Source: a virus (taxonomy: Duplodnaviria > Caudoviricetes). From it: a stretch of 64,000 nucleotides of DNA. The stretch lies in the IMG/VR virus record IMGVR_UViG_3300046490_000039, positions 1 to 64,000 of that record; one strand, written 5' to 3'. Made by a program: the position numbers and the translations under genes. The notes under the pieces were generated by a model. The model was not told the DNA's origin, ran no database searches, and was given only the letters and a program-made list of their open reading frames with translations. Positions 7,971 through 16,436 of the stretch are shown here, piece after piece (the first letter of the stretch is position 1; each line of letters starts with the position of its first letter).

Positions 7971-8576
7971 TCAAGGGGTCGGTTGGTCGTGGCACGGGCA
8001 CTCGCACGTACCCCATCTTTCGCAGCATCCGCCACAGTTCTCGTAGTCGCACGGGCCGTACAGGTAGCCGTCCACGCAGCACACGTAGTCGTCGAGCCAC
8101 TCGTCGGAGCAGGCGTCACACTTGGTCTGCCTAGGCTCCACGCTGCACCATCTCGTGTCGGTGGTCGGGTGAGTCAGCGCAAGTGCCACGATCGGTGTGC
8201 GACGAGCACCACGCACACTCGATGTCGTGCTCGTCGCAGCCGGGCTGTACGTGGAGCGTGTCGACGTACTCGTTGGAGTAGTACACGCAGCCACAAGTGA
8301 GCAGTTGTCCCGTCGTCACAGCAGGTCCGCCCTCCGTAGCTCAGCGATCGAGCACTCTTCGCCCGGAGCGGGCGGGGTCGTTTGGAGCGCCTGGCGGCCC
8401 TTGCCGTTGTCGGGACCGGCCGTCGTACGGCGCAAGAGGCTGCCGAGGTTCCGGGTGATGGCGTCAGCGAACGCCTGCGCTCGACGCTCCTCGACAGGGG
8501 TGAGGCGCAGGCGTGCGTCGAGCGTACGCTGGCGGGCCTCGGCAAGGCGCTGGGCTTGGATCTCAGTGAAGGTCAC
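7971..8576 (-). CDS. Three small overlapping ORFs (7971-8141, 8131-8319, 8316-8576), two of them very Cys-rich
   Basis: Overlapping starts and stops; promoter TTGACT-N17-TAGGAT-N6-GTG at 8576. Confidence 0.55.
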
Positions 8577-9475
8577 GACTCGATCCTACTCTCTCCCCTC
8601 GGGAAAGTCAACATCTGATCGTCGAGAGCGGCCGACCTCTCCGACGCTCGGGCGAGATTAGCGAACGCTCGGGCCAGCCGGTCCTCGGTGGTCCCCTGGA
8701 GCTGAGCGAAACGGTCGGTGATCGCCTGATCGTAGGCCTCGACGATGTGAGCAACGTACGCCTGGATCTGCGGGTTGCGGACACGCTGCGCCGTGGTGGG
8801 AGCGATATGCTGGATATAGAGCAGCTCCGGAATGTGGAGCAGGTTCGTGTAGAGGAACGTCCGCACGTGGAGCTGGTAGTCGTCGCACACCTCGTACCGG
8901 GTGTCGTGCCCACCCATCTCGTGGTAGGTGGAGGCACGCCACGCCCGGAGATGGTTCGGGGATGACACGATGTGGCGGACCGTGGTCGAGTTGACCTCGG
9001 CGGTGCCCATGTAGTACATCTCCCGGGTCGGGTCGTAGAGGGTCTTGCCGTAGCCGAACGCCCACCCGTCAGGGTAGAAGGTCGAGGCTCCGTCAGGGAG
9101 GATCTCGGCCCAGTCCGAGTACACGAACCCCACGTCCGGGTGATCGGTGAAGGCGGCGTGGACCCTGGCGAGAGCCTCGGGGAGCAGCTCGTCGTCGTGG
9201 TCCAGCTCGACCAGGATACTGCCCTCGGCCAGCATGAAGGCCCGGCGCTTGTTGAGGCCGATCGAGCCGGAATGGAGCACCGGGTCCGAGCGGAAGGGCT
9301 TGACACGAGGGTCCTTGAGTGCTAGGGACTGAAGGAGCGGCCACGTAGCGTGGGAGGTCGAATCGTCGAGAATGATCCACTCGTCGAACGGGTGGGTCTG
9401 GGATGTGAGCGAGCGGTACGCCCGGTCCAGTTGGTCCGGTGTCGTGTTGAAGGTCGGGGTGCAGATCGAGATCAT
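8573..9475 (-). CDS. Glycosyltransferase family 2
   Basis: ISICTPTFNT, EWIILDDS, ELDHDDEL, VGFVYSD, GGHD..CDDY. Confidence 0.88.
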   Translation of the reverse strand: MISICTPTFNTTPDQLDRAYRSLTSQTHPFDEWIILDDSTSHATWPLLQSLALKDPRVKPFRSDPVLHSGSIGLNKRRAFMLAEGSILVELDHDDELLPEALARVHAAFTDHPDVGFVYSDWAEILPDGASTFYPDGWAFGYGKTLYDPTREMYYMGTAEVNSTTVRHIVSSPNHLRAWRASTYHEMGGHDTRYEVCDDYQLHVRTFLYTNLLHIPELLYIQHIAPTTAQRVRNPQIQAYVAHIVEAYDQAITDRFAQLQGTTEDRLARAFANLARASERSAALDDQMLTFPRGESRIES

Positions 9476-9688
9476 CACTGCGGAGTGCTTCCTTTGGTAC
9501 TTTGGTCTAAACCTAGACCGGTGTAGGGGTAGTTGGGGTGGTGGCACCGCTTCGCCATGTCTGCCGTCGCCAGCACGGACTCCACCATCACCGTGCCCGT
9601 CCCCGTGCAGTGGCGAGCGACTTCCACGCATGGGCTGCACGGGCTGTATCAGCCGTCACCTTGGCGTAGACGGTAGGGAGGTCGGCGG

Positions 9689-10138
9689 TCATCGGGCCAC
9701 CTTCCGCAAAGCGTCGATGAGTCGCTGTTCAGCAACGGTGACATCGAGGTCGTCCTCGTCCCAGCCCATCACGGCCTCGTAGACCTTCATGGCCTGTTCG
9801 ATGGTGTGCCCGTTGGTGGCGGCACGCTGGTGGGCGTCGGCCCATTCGGTGAGTGCGCCACCGATGGTCGGGGCGTTCTGGTGGTGGCACTCCATGTCTG
9901 GCATCCCGTCGTGGCCCACCACTCCCGTCCCCTTGCAGTCGGGGCACAGGGCGGCGATGGGGGCGGCGAGCATCACGTTGGCAGCTTCTCCGTAGAGCAG
10001 ATACGCCGCATCGACCCAGCCTTCTTCCTCATCGCAGCCTTCGGTGGTCGGCCCAATCTCCTCAGGCCATTCGGTGTGTGTCTGCTGGTGGAGTGCCTCA
10101 GCGATGATGGCGGCGAAGTCGGGGGTCTGGGCGGTCAC
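9689..10138 (-). CDS. Hypothetical protein with CxxCxGxG motif
   Basis: 149-aa ORF, CPDCKGTG. Confidence 0.6.
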   Translation of the reverse strand: MTAQTPDFAAIIAEALHQQTHTEWPEEIGPTTEGCDEEEGWVDAAYLLYGEAANVMLAAPIAALCPDCKGTGVVGHDGMPDMECHHQNAPTIGGALTEWADAHQRAATNGHTIEQAMKVYEAVMGWDEDDLDVTVAEQRLIDALRKVAR

Positions 10139-10494
10139 AGCGAGAGTCCGATGATCTGGCGAAGCTGGGCCTCGGAGGTGATGGGGGTGTCGTCGGGGAG
10201 CACGAGCCGCATGGCGGGGTAGAACTCGACCCAGAACTCACGGGTCGTGGTCTCGATGAACGAGGTCCGGCCGCCGTAGTCGATCGGGTGGATCTGGAGC
10301 CAGTTGCGGGGCGTGATTGAGTCCTCCCAGACGTGCACCGGGTCCGTGGAGTAGCCGTTGTTGTAGGGCTGGAGACGGTCAGTGGGGAAAGCGACCGTGG
10401 CGTCGTCCAGGAGCGAGCACTGGAGCTTGTGGCCCCATGGGTCCAGGATCAGGTGGTAACCGGGGCGGGTCCTCACGAGGAGCTTGTTGGTCAT
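10135..10494 (-). CDS. Hypothetical protein, leaderless
   Basis: TTGACA-N17-TACGAT-N6-ATG(10494). Confidence 0.7.
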   Translation of the reverse strand: MTNKLLVRTRPGYHLILDPWGHKLQCSLLDDATVAFPTDRLQPYNNGYSTDPVHVWEDSITPRNWLQIHPIDYGGRTSFIETTTREFWVEFYPAMRLVLPDDTPITSEAQLRQIIGLSL

Positions 10495-10664
10495 GGGAGC
10501 ATCGTACCACGAGATCTGAGAGTTGTCAATAGGTTTATGCCGGAGGGGGAGTTGAGGTCCACAGGGAGGGGCGCACCGCCGTACAGGGAAACCGCCCCCT
10601 CCGCCTTTCCGTTGCAAAGAATGAATTAGCGTCAAATTCGATGAAACGCTCAGAATGGCCGAAA

Positions 10665-10783
10665 TGAGCGATATCGCTCAATTGAGCGAATTTAGCCCGC
10701 ATCGCCCCTGGTGGGTGGCCCACTGTCGGTCGTCATCGACTCGATCGAACCATTCATGCGTTTGCATGATCATGCACGTGCAT
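10665..10783. repeat. Cluster of overlapping palindromes in a noncoding gap
   Basis: TGAGCGATATCGCTCA 10665-10680, TCGCTCAATTGAGCGA 10674-10689, TGCATGATCATGCA 10763-10776, ATGCACGTGCAT 10772-10783. Confidence 0.8.
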
Positions 10784-10793
10784 AGTCATGCAC

Positions 10794-11186
10794 TCACACG
10801 TCGATGACAGCGCTGTAGTCCCCTGTAGCCACGGGCAGCTCCACATCCTCACCCTCCAGCACCACCAGGGCGTCGAGGCTGTGAGACGGCGCTACAGCGG
10901 GCAGTGCTGCCTTGTTGCGAGCAAGACGCTCGACCAGATCGAGCGCAGCCAGCTCAGCCTGTCGATGCTGCTCGTTGTTGGTAGTCACCTGGATGGCAGC
11001 ACCACGAGGAACGCCAGCTCGATCAAGGATTGCCTCTGCCGCTGCCAAGCGCACGTTGTCACGCTCTGCACCAGCAGCCAGCTCAGAGAGCGTGGATACA
11101 GCCAATGGCAACAGAGATGCGAGTTGCTCTCTTGCTTTGTCTGCTGTTCCTACTAGATCTGCTACACCCATATGGCAAGCGTACAC
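10794..11186 (-). CDS. Small-terminase-like helical protein; may extend to 11294 across an in-frame TGA
   Basis: AVSTLSELA..AERDNVRLAAAEAILDRAG motif, common in TerS-region proteins. Confidence 0.55.
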   Translation of the reverse strand: MYACHMGVADLVGTADKAREQLASLLPLAVSTLSELAAGAERDNVRLAAAEAILDRAGVPRGAAIQVTTNNEQHRQAELAALDLVERLARNKAALPAVAPSHSLDALVVLEGEDVELPVATGDYSAVIDV

Positions 11187-11319
11187 CAGTGCGCCATTGT
11201 GCGCTGCGCCAGCAGCGCACCACCCCCTGCACTCTGTGTGTTGATCTCACATACTGAGATGATGTACGCACATGATGGGAGGGGCTGTAGGCATAGGCCC
11301 TATAGTGGTGCGCCCTGTG

Positions 11320-11826
11320 CTACTTGAGTAGCCCATTGAGCCTTAGCACCTTGACTGTAATGAGCGCTTCTTCCCGGCTCAGGTGCGTCAATAGAGCGGC
11401 AGGATCAGGGTGCTTGGCTACGGTTTGCGTCTCCATCAGGTATTCAGCGGCCATCATGCGGACGCCTTCAGAGGCATGGACATCGCCTGTCAGGGCGCAC
11501 TGAGCGATGATGTTGCAGACCATCTCGATCGCCTCTGCGGAGATTGGCGACATTGGGCCTACAGGGCGAAGCGCCTCAGGAAGCAATGTCCAGAGCAGAT
11601 AGCGCCTCCAGCCAGCTTCCGCATTTAGGCCGCCCCCACCGTGTTTCTTGCAGCGGGTCAAACCACGAACAGCGTACGACTTGCACTGTTGGCCCGTTTG
11701 CCAACTGAAGCCTTCACATTGGCGGCTCCATTTCGGCCACCTAGGATCGAGTTTCGTGGTGCGTCGAGTTATAGGCCGTTCAGCGTACTTCCTCTGGAAG
11801 GCCGGATTCCGGTTCTCGATCCGCAT
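11320..11826 (-). CDS. HGGxSTG-type Zn-binding protein, TerS-like
   Basis: C.....TGQQC..AVRG..RCKKHGG; leaderless TATAAT-N6-ATG. Confidence 0.6.
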   Translation of the reverse strand: MRIENRNPAFQRKYAERPITRRTTKLDPRWPKWSRQCEGFSWQTGQQCKSYAVRGLTRCKKHGGGGLNAEAGWRRYLLWTLLPEALRPVGPMSPISAEAIEMVCNIIAQCALTGDVHASEGVRMMAAEYLMETQTVAKHPDPAALLTHLSREEALITVKVLRLNGLLK

Positions 11827-11833
11827 GCGGCAA

Positions 11834-12310
11834 TTATAGCCTACGGGCCATTCCGCCGCCAGGAAGCCATCCAGCCAGAACGTCGCCTAGAGCGATCAGC
11901 GACTCCACAGGCCCAACGGCGTAGAACAGCTTTGCGTCCACAGCGTCCCCTAGAAGCTTGTGAGCCAAAGAGTGCTCTGAGGGCATCTGGCTGCCGACAA
12001 GGAAATAGACGTTCTGCTGGATCTGCGCTGAATCACGTAATGCCCAGGCGGCTCCTATGGCCTTCTTGACAGTATCCGTCCTAGCTAGGCCGGATCTGTG
12101 CGGAATGGTGCCACCCTTCGCCTCGATGTAGAACGTCAATAGAGGCAATTCAGGGTGAATGGCCGTGATGTCAATTTCAATCCCGTCAACAATTTCGTGT
12201 CGAGCGATCACATCCCAGTTATGATCCCAGAGGCTATCTACGACCTCTTGCTCAAAGCGCCTGCCACGACGAATCGAGGCGTTTCGTGAGAATCCATCTT
12301 GCATGATCAT
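11834..12310 (-). CDS. PD-(D/E)XK restriction-endonuclease-like nuclease
   Basis: GRRFEQEV, EIDI, IEAKGG, RTDTVKKAIG. Confidence 0.7.
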   Translation of the reverse strand: MIMQDGFSRNASIRRGRRFEQEVVDSLWDHNWDVIARHEIVDGIEIDITAIHPELPLLTFYIEAKGGTIPHRSGLARTDTVKKAIGAAWALRDSAQIQQNVYFLVGSQMPSEHSLAHKLLGDAVDAKLFYAVGPVESLIALGDVLAGWLPGGGMARRL

Positions 12311-13095
12311 GCAAGCACCATCTGGATTGCGCTCTGTTGAGTGCGTTGAATTTCGCCTTCGCTGAGGCCTGCGATACGGGCTGATTCTGCGAGCATCTCG
12401 ATTGCGTCCCATCCAGCCCAGCCTGAGCGGATCATGTGACAGGTCAATCGCAGCAGGGTGTTGTTTCGTGTCTGCGAACTTTCCATCTCCTGGAGGGCCT
12501 CCTGTACGGCGGGCATCGCCCACTGGCTCGTTGTCATGCTCATCGTGTTGGGGATTCTGGCGGCTGTGTGAGAGCGCTGTGGGCCGCACGCCTTGACAAG
12601 TTCCTCAGGGGCAGCGGCTATGGGCAGTGTGTTGATTGGCTCGTAGACGATCCCATTGATCGAGGTGCTGCCAGGGCCTACCACGTAAGTGTTGCCTGAC
12701 TTCAGATCGACTTTCGGGAAAGCACCCAATCGAGTTGCCAGAGGCTCTGTGTGCTTGAAGTAGTAGTGACGACCTTTGCCTGTATCGACTGCCCACGTTT
12801 CAGGCAGATAGAAGCCAAGCACCTCAGGCAGATTGTCCAGGATGGCTCGATCATCAACATCGACCACCACGTACTGATCGAGCACGATGGCGTAGTTCTC
12901 GTAGATCGTGGGCAGCCTGGAGGGCATGCCTTTGTAACGAGCCTTAGGGTGCTTGGCAGGGGAAGCGCATGATGCGCCTTCCTTGCAGCGACAGATTCCA
13001 CCGGCAGGCCCAAACGTGGGAGCGAACAACGGCACCACCTGGAGGCCTAAGTAGTCCTGCATGTAGACGGCGTATGAGCGCATCTGCTCACTCAT
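12307..13095 (-). CDS. Bifunctional primase-polymerase (Prim-Pol) domain protein
   Basis: VVPL, CRC..C.SPAKHP, VVVDVD, TGKGRHYYF, D.KS..YVVGPGS, C-terminal RNNTL. Confidence 0.88.
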   Translation of the reverse strand: MSEQMRSYAVYMQDYLGLQVVPLFAPTFGPAGGICRCKEGASCASPAKHPKARYKGMPSRLPTIYENYAIVLDQYVVVDVDDRAILDNLPEVLGFYLPETWAVDTGKGRHYYFKHTEPLATRLGAFPKVDLKSGNTYVVGPGSTSINGIVYEPINTLPIAAAPEELVKACGPQRSHTAARIPNTMSMTTSQWAMPAVQEALQEMESSQTRNNTLLRLTCHMIRSGWAGWDAIEMLAESARIAGLSEGEIQRTQQSAIQMVLA

Positions 13096-13239
13096 CGAAG
13101 TACCCTCTGTTCTTCAGGCTAGGTGCGTCCGTTGTGCGGTACGCTTCATAGACGGCGGCTGTGAAAGCCAGTGTGGTAGCGATTGCGGTAACACCCACCA
13201 GGGCGAAGCCAATGACGATCTTCCTCATGTTCACCTCCC

Positions 13240-13449
13240 TCAGATTCCGTAGACAATCTCCACGGCCTGCATGCAGACCGCTTCATCGAAGCCCGTGAAT
13301 CGAGCTAGGTCCTGTACGGCTTGCTGCACCGTACCACGTCGATCGAGCAGTTGGCCAAGATCGCCTGGCATGTAGCCCAAGCTGATCCTGGCTCTGATGA
13401 TCTTGACAGCCTCTCTGACAGAAATCTCTGTATGATCATGCAGTGTCAT
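13240..13449 (-). CDS. Small hypothetical protein
   Basis: ORF within the replication operon. Confidence 0.5.
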   Translation of the reverse strand: MTLHDHTEISVREAVKIIRARISLGYMPGDLGQLLDRRGTVQQAVQDLARFTGFDEAVCMQAVEIVYGI

Positions 13450-13549
13450 GCCAGCACCACGATCAGCACGAAGGCGGCGATGATCAGCAGCACGAACCAC
13501 CAGTCGTCCTTGCCGTTGTTGAAGTCACCAGGTGTGGGTAGGGGGAGAT

Positions 13550-15517
13550 TCATTCTGCCGCCACCTTGTACTTGCGGTCAGGCCTGTAGTCGAGATGGGT
13601 CTGAGTCTTCTGGTAGCTCTCGTAGAGCGTCTGTGCCCACTCACGATTCCAGCCTGGGTCTGCCTTGAGGATGTGCTGCACCCGTACCTTGGCGTCCCCA
13701 CCTACCAGTTCCTCCAGAACACTAGGAGCGAACATCAATGGGAGAGCGTACACCCCACGCTGTCCAGGGCGCTCCACAGGCTCCATGAAGTTGAATCCCA
13801 CAAATGAGCACTCTTTGGGCATGACAGATTGGAGAATGTCCTCGTAGGAAGACTTGGGCGTATTGCGCCCACCGTTCTTCTCAAAGAAGACCTCTAGGAC
13901 ATCGAAGATTGTGGACTTGAGCAGGCCCTTCTCCTCATCTCCACCATCAGGAAACAGAATCTTGCGAAGCGAGCCATAGCGGCTACCCACGACAAGGGTG
14001 TCGTCAGTCATTTCTCGCCAAGCGTTAGGGACTCGTTCACGCACATCCTGTTTGCCTTTCTGCCCTTCAGCGCACCAGGCGATGAAGGACTCCAAACAAC
14101 GGGCTGCGAATACAGGAGAACAGGCCAACAGCGCATCCTCCCAGAGAGTGAACCCGGAAGGCGGCGGCTTGTCCGGCAACTTCTCCGTCATGGGCATGAT
14201 GGTAAAGCGCCTGTCCATGCCATCAAAGTCCCCATTACCTGTGATGTCCGGGGCCTTATTGCCGTAGAGCCACAGGGAGCCTGTGTAGTAGACCTTCACA
14301 GCACGCACCCCGTACTTCTCACGTGACATGATTGGGTTCAGCCCGCCAGAGGTGATGGTCTTCAAGGTGGCTGGATCGAACGCACCGTCGCCGTACGAGC
14401 TGGACTCGTGACTGCACAGAGCGAAACGTGCATTGTCTAGCCTCACTAGATCATTCGATTCCTCCCCTCCCTTCTTCAGCGCCAGAGGGTTGACCTCGCA
14501 AGTCTGCTCGGGTCCATGCACTGAGCGCATCAGTGTGAACAGCATGTCCTTTCCTGAACCACCTGATCCCAACAAGAACACCAGATTGGGTACCTTGTAG
14601 CCGAACAGGGAGATCCCGCACGTGCGATAGAACGCATTGACCTCTTCCTCAGTCTTGAAGTGATGAGCTACCAATTCGTCGAGCGCCCTTGACTCCCCCT
14701 CTAGGCTGTACTTGACAGGGGGTAGCAGCACGTAGGAGCCTTCCGGCAGCACGTCGGCGTCGATCGTTCCCGTGGTGCGGTTGAGTATGTGGATCGTACC
14801 CATCCACTCGATGGGGATGTAGGCCTGGTCAATCTTCAGTGAGGCCCTCTTCTCTAGGCCCTTGTAGAGGTTGTCTGCGTCCTGTGCCAGCCTGTCCCAG
14901 GTTTCCAGGACGGTCGAAACCTCTGGCTTGATGTCGGGATTCATGCGGGCCAGCCTCTTTGCTGTGCCGACGATTCTCCCGTTGCCGCCCTTGATCCAGG
15001 CGTCTCGTACGGCGTCGATCACGACAGCCTCATCGACCTGTTGGAGAAACGGCCCCGAGCGAACGTACCACATCTTGGTTGTTGGGTTGTGGATATAGCG
15101 TTCGTACACTTCCGGAATACAGAGGGCGAGCATCTGACCGGCGTGCGAGTCGATCACGGGCTGTGATGGGTCAATCACGTTGCCCGCTGCCAGCACCACT
15201 TCGATCAGGCTGTAGGCACGCTTCTCAACGGGGGAAAGTTCAACTTGCTCATCGTCCCCTTTCTGACTCTTCTTCTCTACATCCTGGATCGCCTTCTCCA
15301 GATCCATCTGAAGCTTCTTGATCTTGGCCTGCTTGCCGGGTACGAACGTGTGTTTGGACGGATTGGACTCGTAGAGCGCCATCCACTCCAGCTCTGCGGC
15401 GAGAGTTCCCGCCAGCTTCTTGATCTTGAGCACGAGATTGCCGTAGCCCTTCAAGCCCTCGATCTGATCAACCGTCTCTTCAGCGAAACGAATCAGCTCT
15501 GTCAGGTCAGGCTCCAT
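13550..15517 (-). CDS. D5/P4-type SF3 helicase (primase-associated)
   Basis: Walker A GSGGSGKD, L..L.NARF...HES, LKTITSG..I..REKY, GNKAP, RRF..PM. Confidence 0.8.
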   Translation of the reverse strand: MEPDLTELIRFAEETVDQIEGLKGYGNLVLKIKKLAGTLAAELEWMALYESNPSKHTFVPGKQAKIKKLQMDLEKAIQDVEKKSQKGDDEQVELSPVEKRAYSLIEVVLAAGNVIDPSQPVIDSHAGQMLALCIPEVYERYIHNPTTKMWYVRSGPFLQQVDEAVVIDAVRDAWIKGGNGRIVGTAKRLARMNPDIKPEVSTVLETWDRLAQDADNLYKGLEKRASLKIDQAYIPIEWMGTIHILNRTTGTIDADVLPEGSYVLLPPVKYSLEGESRALDELVAHHFKTEEEVNAFYRTCGISLFGYKVPNLVFLLGSGGSGKDMLFTLMRSVHGPEQTCEVNPLALKKGGEESNDLVRLDNARFALCSHESSSYGDGAFDPATLKTITSGGLNPIMSREKYGVRAVKVYYTGSLWLYGNKAPDITGNGDFDGMDRRFTIMPMTEKLPDKPPPSGFTLWEDALLACSPVFAARCLESFIAWCAEGQKGKQDVRERVPNAWREMTDDTLVVGSRYGSLRKILFPDGGDEEKGLLKSTIFDVLEVFFEKNGGRNTPKSSYEDILQSVMPKECSFVGFNFMEPVERPGQRGVYALPLMFAPSVLEELVGGDAKVRVQHILKADPGWNREWAQTLYESYQKTQTHLDYRPDRKYKVAAE

Positions 15518-15836
15518 ATTGAACACCGATCGCTCGTGACTTGCGTCCACTCAGCGTGCGGAGCACACCGTCGTTGTCTCGGACGCCAATGACCTTCATG
15601 TGCATGCGGCCCCAGGCCATCATGTTGAGATGAGACTGGATCTTGTCTTCCGCCAGACCGAGATAGTGGTCCGTGTTGATGAGGTCCTGCCCGGCGTAGG
15701 CCACTTCCGCCTTCTGAAGGTACTTGCGAGCCACCCTGAGCCACTTGTGGTTCGTGGTCCTCTCCCACAGGTCGTCTACGTCCGCCCTCTTCGTGTCGAG
15801 CTGGATGCGTAGGCTCTCTCGTTCGATCTGATCCAT
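15507..15836 (-). CDS. Hypothetical protein
   Basis: SD GGGAGG before ATG 15836; first gene of the leftward replication operon. Confidence 0.55.
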   Translation of the reverse strand: MDQIERESLRIQLDTKRADVDDLWERTTNHKWLRVARKYLQKAEVAYAGQDLINTDHYLGLAEDKIQSHLNMMAWGRMHMKVIGVRDNDGVLRTLSGRKSRAIGVQYGA

Positions 15837-15904
15837 CTTCAGCCTCCCAGGCTGGGTCGTCGTGTTGATGGAGCTACCGTAGCACGGGTTCCGAGCCTTG
15901 GCCA

Positions 15905-16230
15905 AGAAAGGTGGGTCTACACCTTGAAAGGGTGTCTATGTGTGTCCCCTGCACGGCTCCAGAACCTCTCTACGGTATAACGTGTGTGTGTGTGTGTGTG
16001 TATCACATACATATATACACACACACCTTTCACTGTAGGTAGAAGTAAGGAGCTGACGGCGACCTCACGCACAGTGAACTCAGATTCTCACCCTCTGTGA
16101 TAGCCCCTGGTCACAGAGTTGGGGACACATATAGACACACCCTTGTTTCGGGGGGTCACCACCCGTTCCTTATTCCACTAGGTCATATGACCTATATGAC
16201 ACCACACCTTTCTACAGCCTCAGGAAGATT
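15905..16230. other. Putative replication origin / divergent control region
   Basis: Noncoding, AT-richer, (GT)10 at 15982-16001, 18-bp inverted repeat 15932-15949/16121-16138, palindrome TAGGTCATATGACCTA 16179-16194; next to the helicase/Prim-Pol genes at the coding-strand switch. Confidence 0.6.
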
Positions 16231-16268
16231 TACTGGACAAACTCCCTCCCCCCTGCTACACTGACCAT

Positions 16269-16436
16269 ATGCCTACAGACCTCCCTCTCACAGCGTTCGC
16301 TCTCCATCGAGCCGCTCACGGCGAAGGTGTGTGTCGATACCCTGGGTGCACCCGCCCCCATCGCCCGGGGTGGTCGACCTGTACCCGTCACTACAGCGCT
16401 GGTTACACGATCCCGAAGACACCGAGGAAGCGATGA
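16269..16436 (+). CDS. 55-aa Zn-finger protein (CxxxGC..C..HY), below the ORF-track cutoff
   Basis: Manual translation MPTDLPL..CRYPGCTRPHRPGWSTCTRHY; TACACT-N6-ATG. Confidence 0.6.
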   Translation: MPTDLPLTAFALHRAAHGEGVCRYPGCTRPHRPGWSTCTRHYSAGYTIPKTPRKR

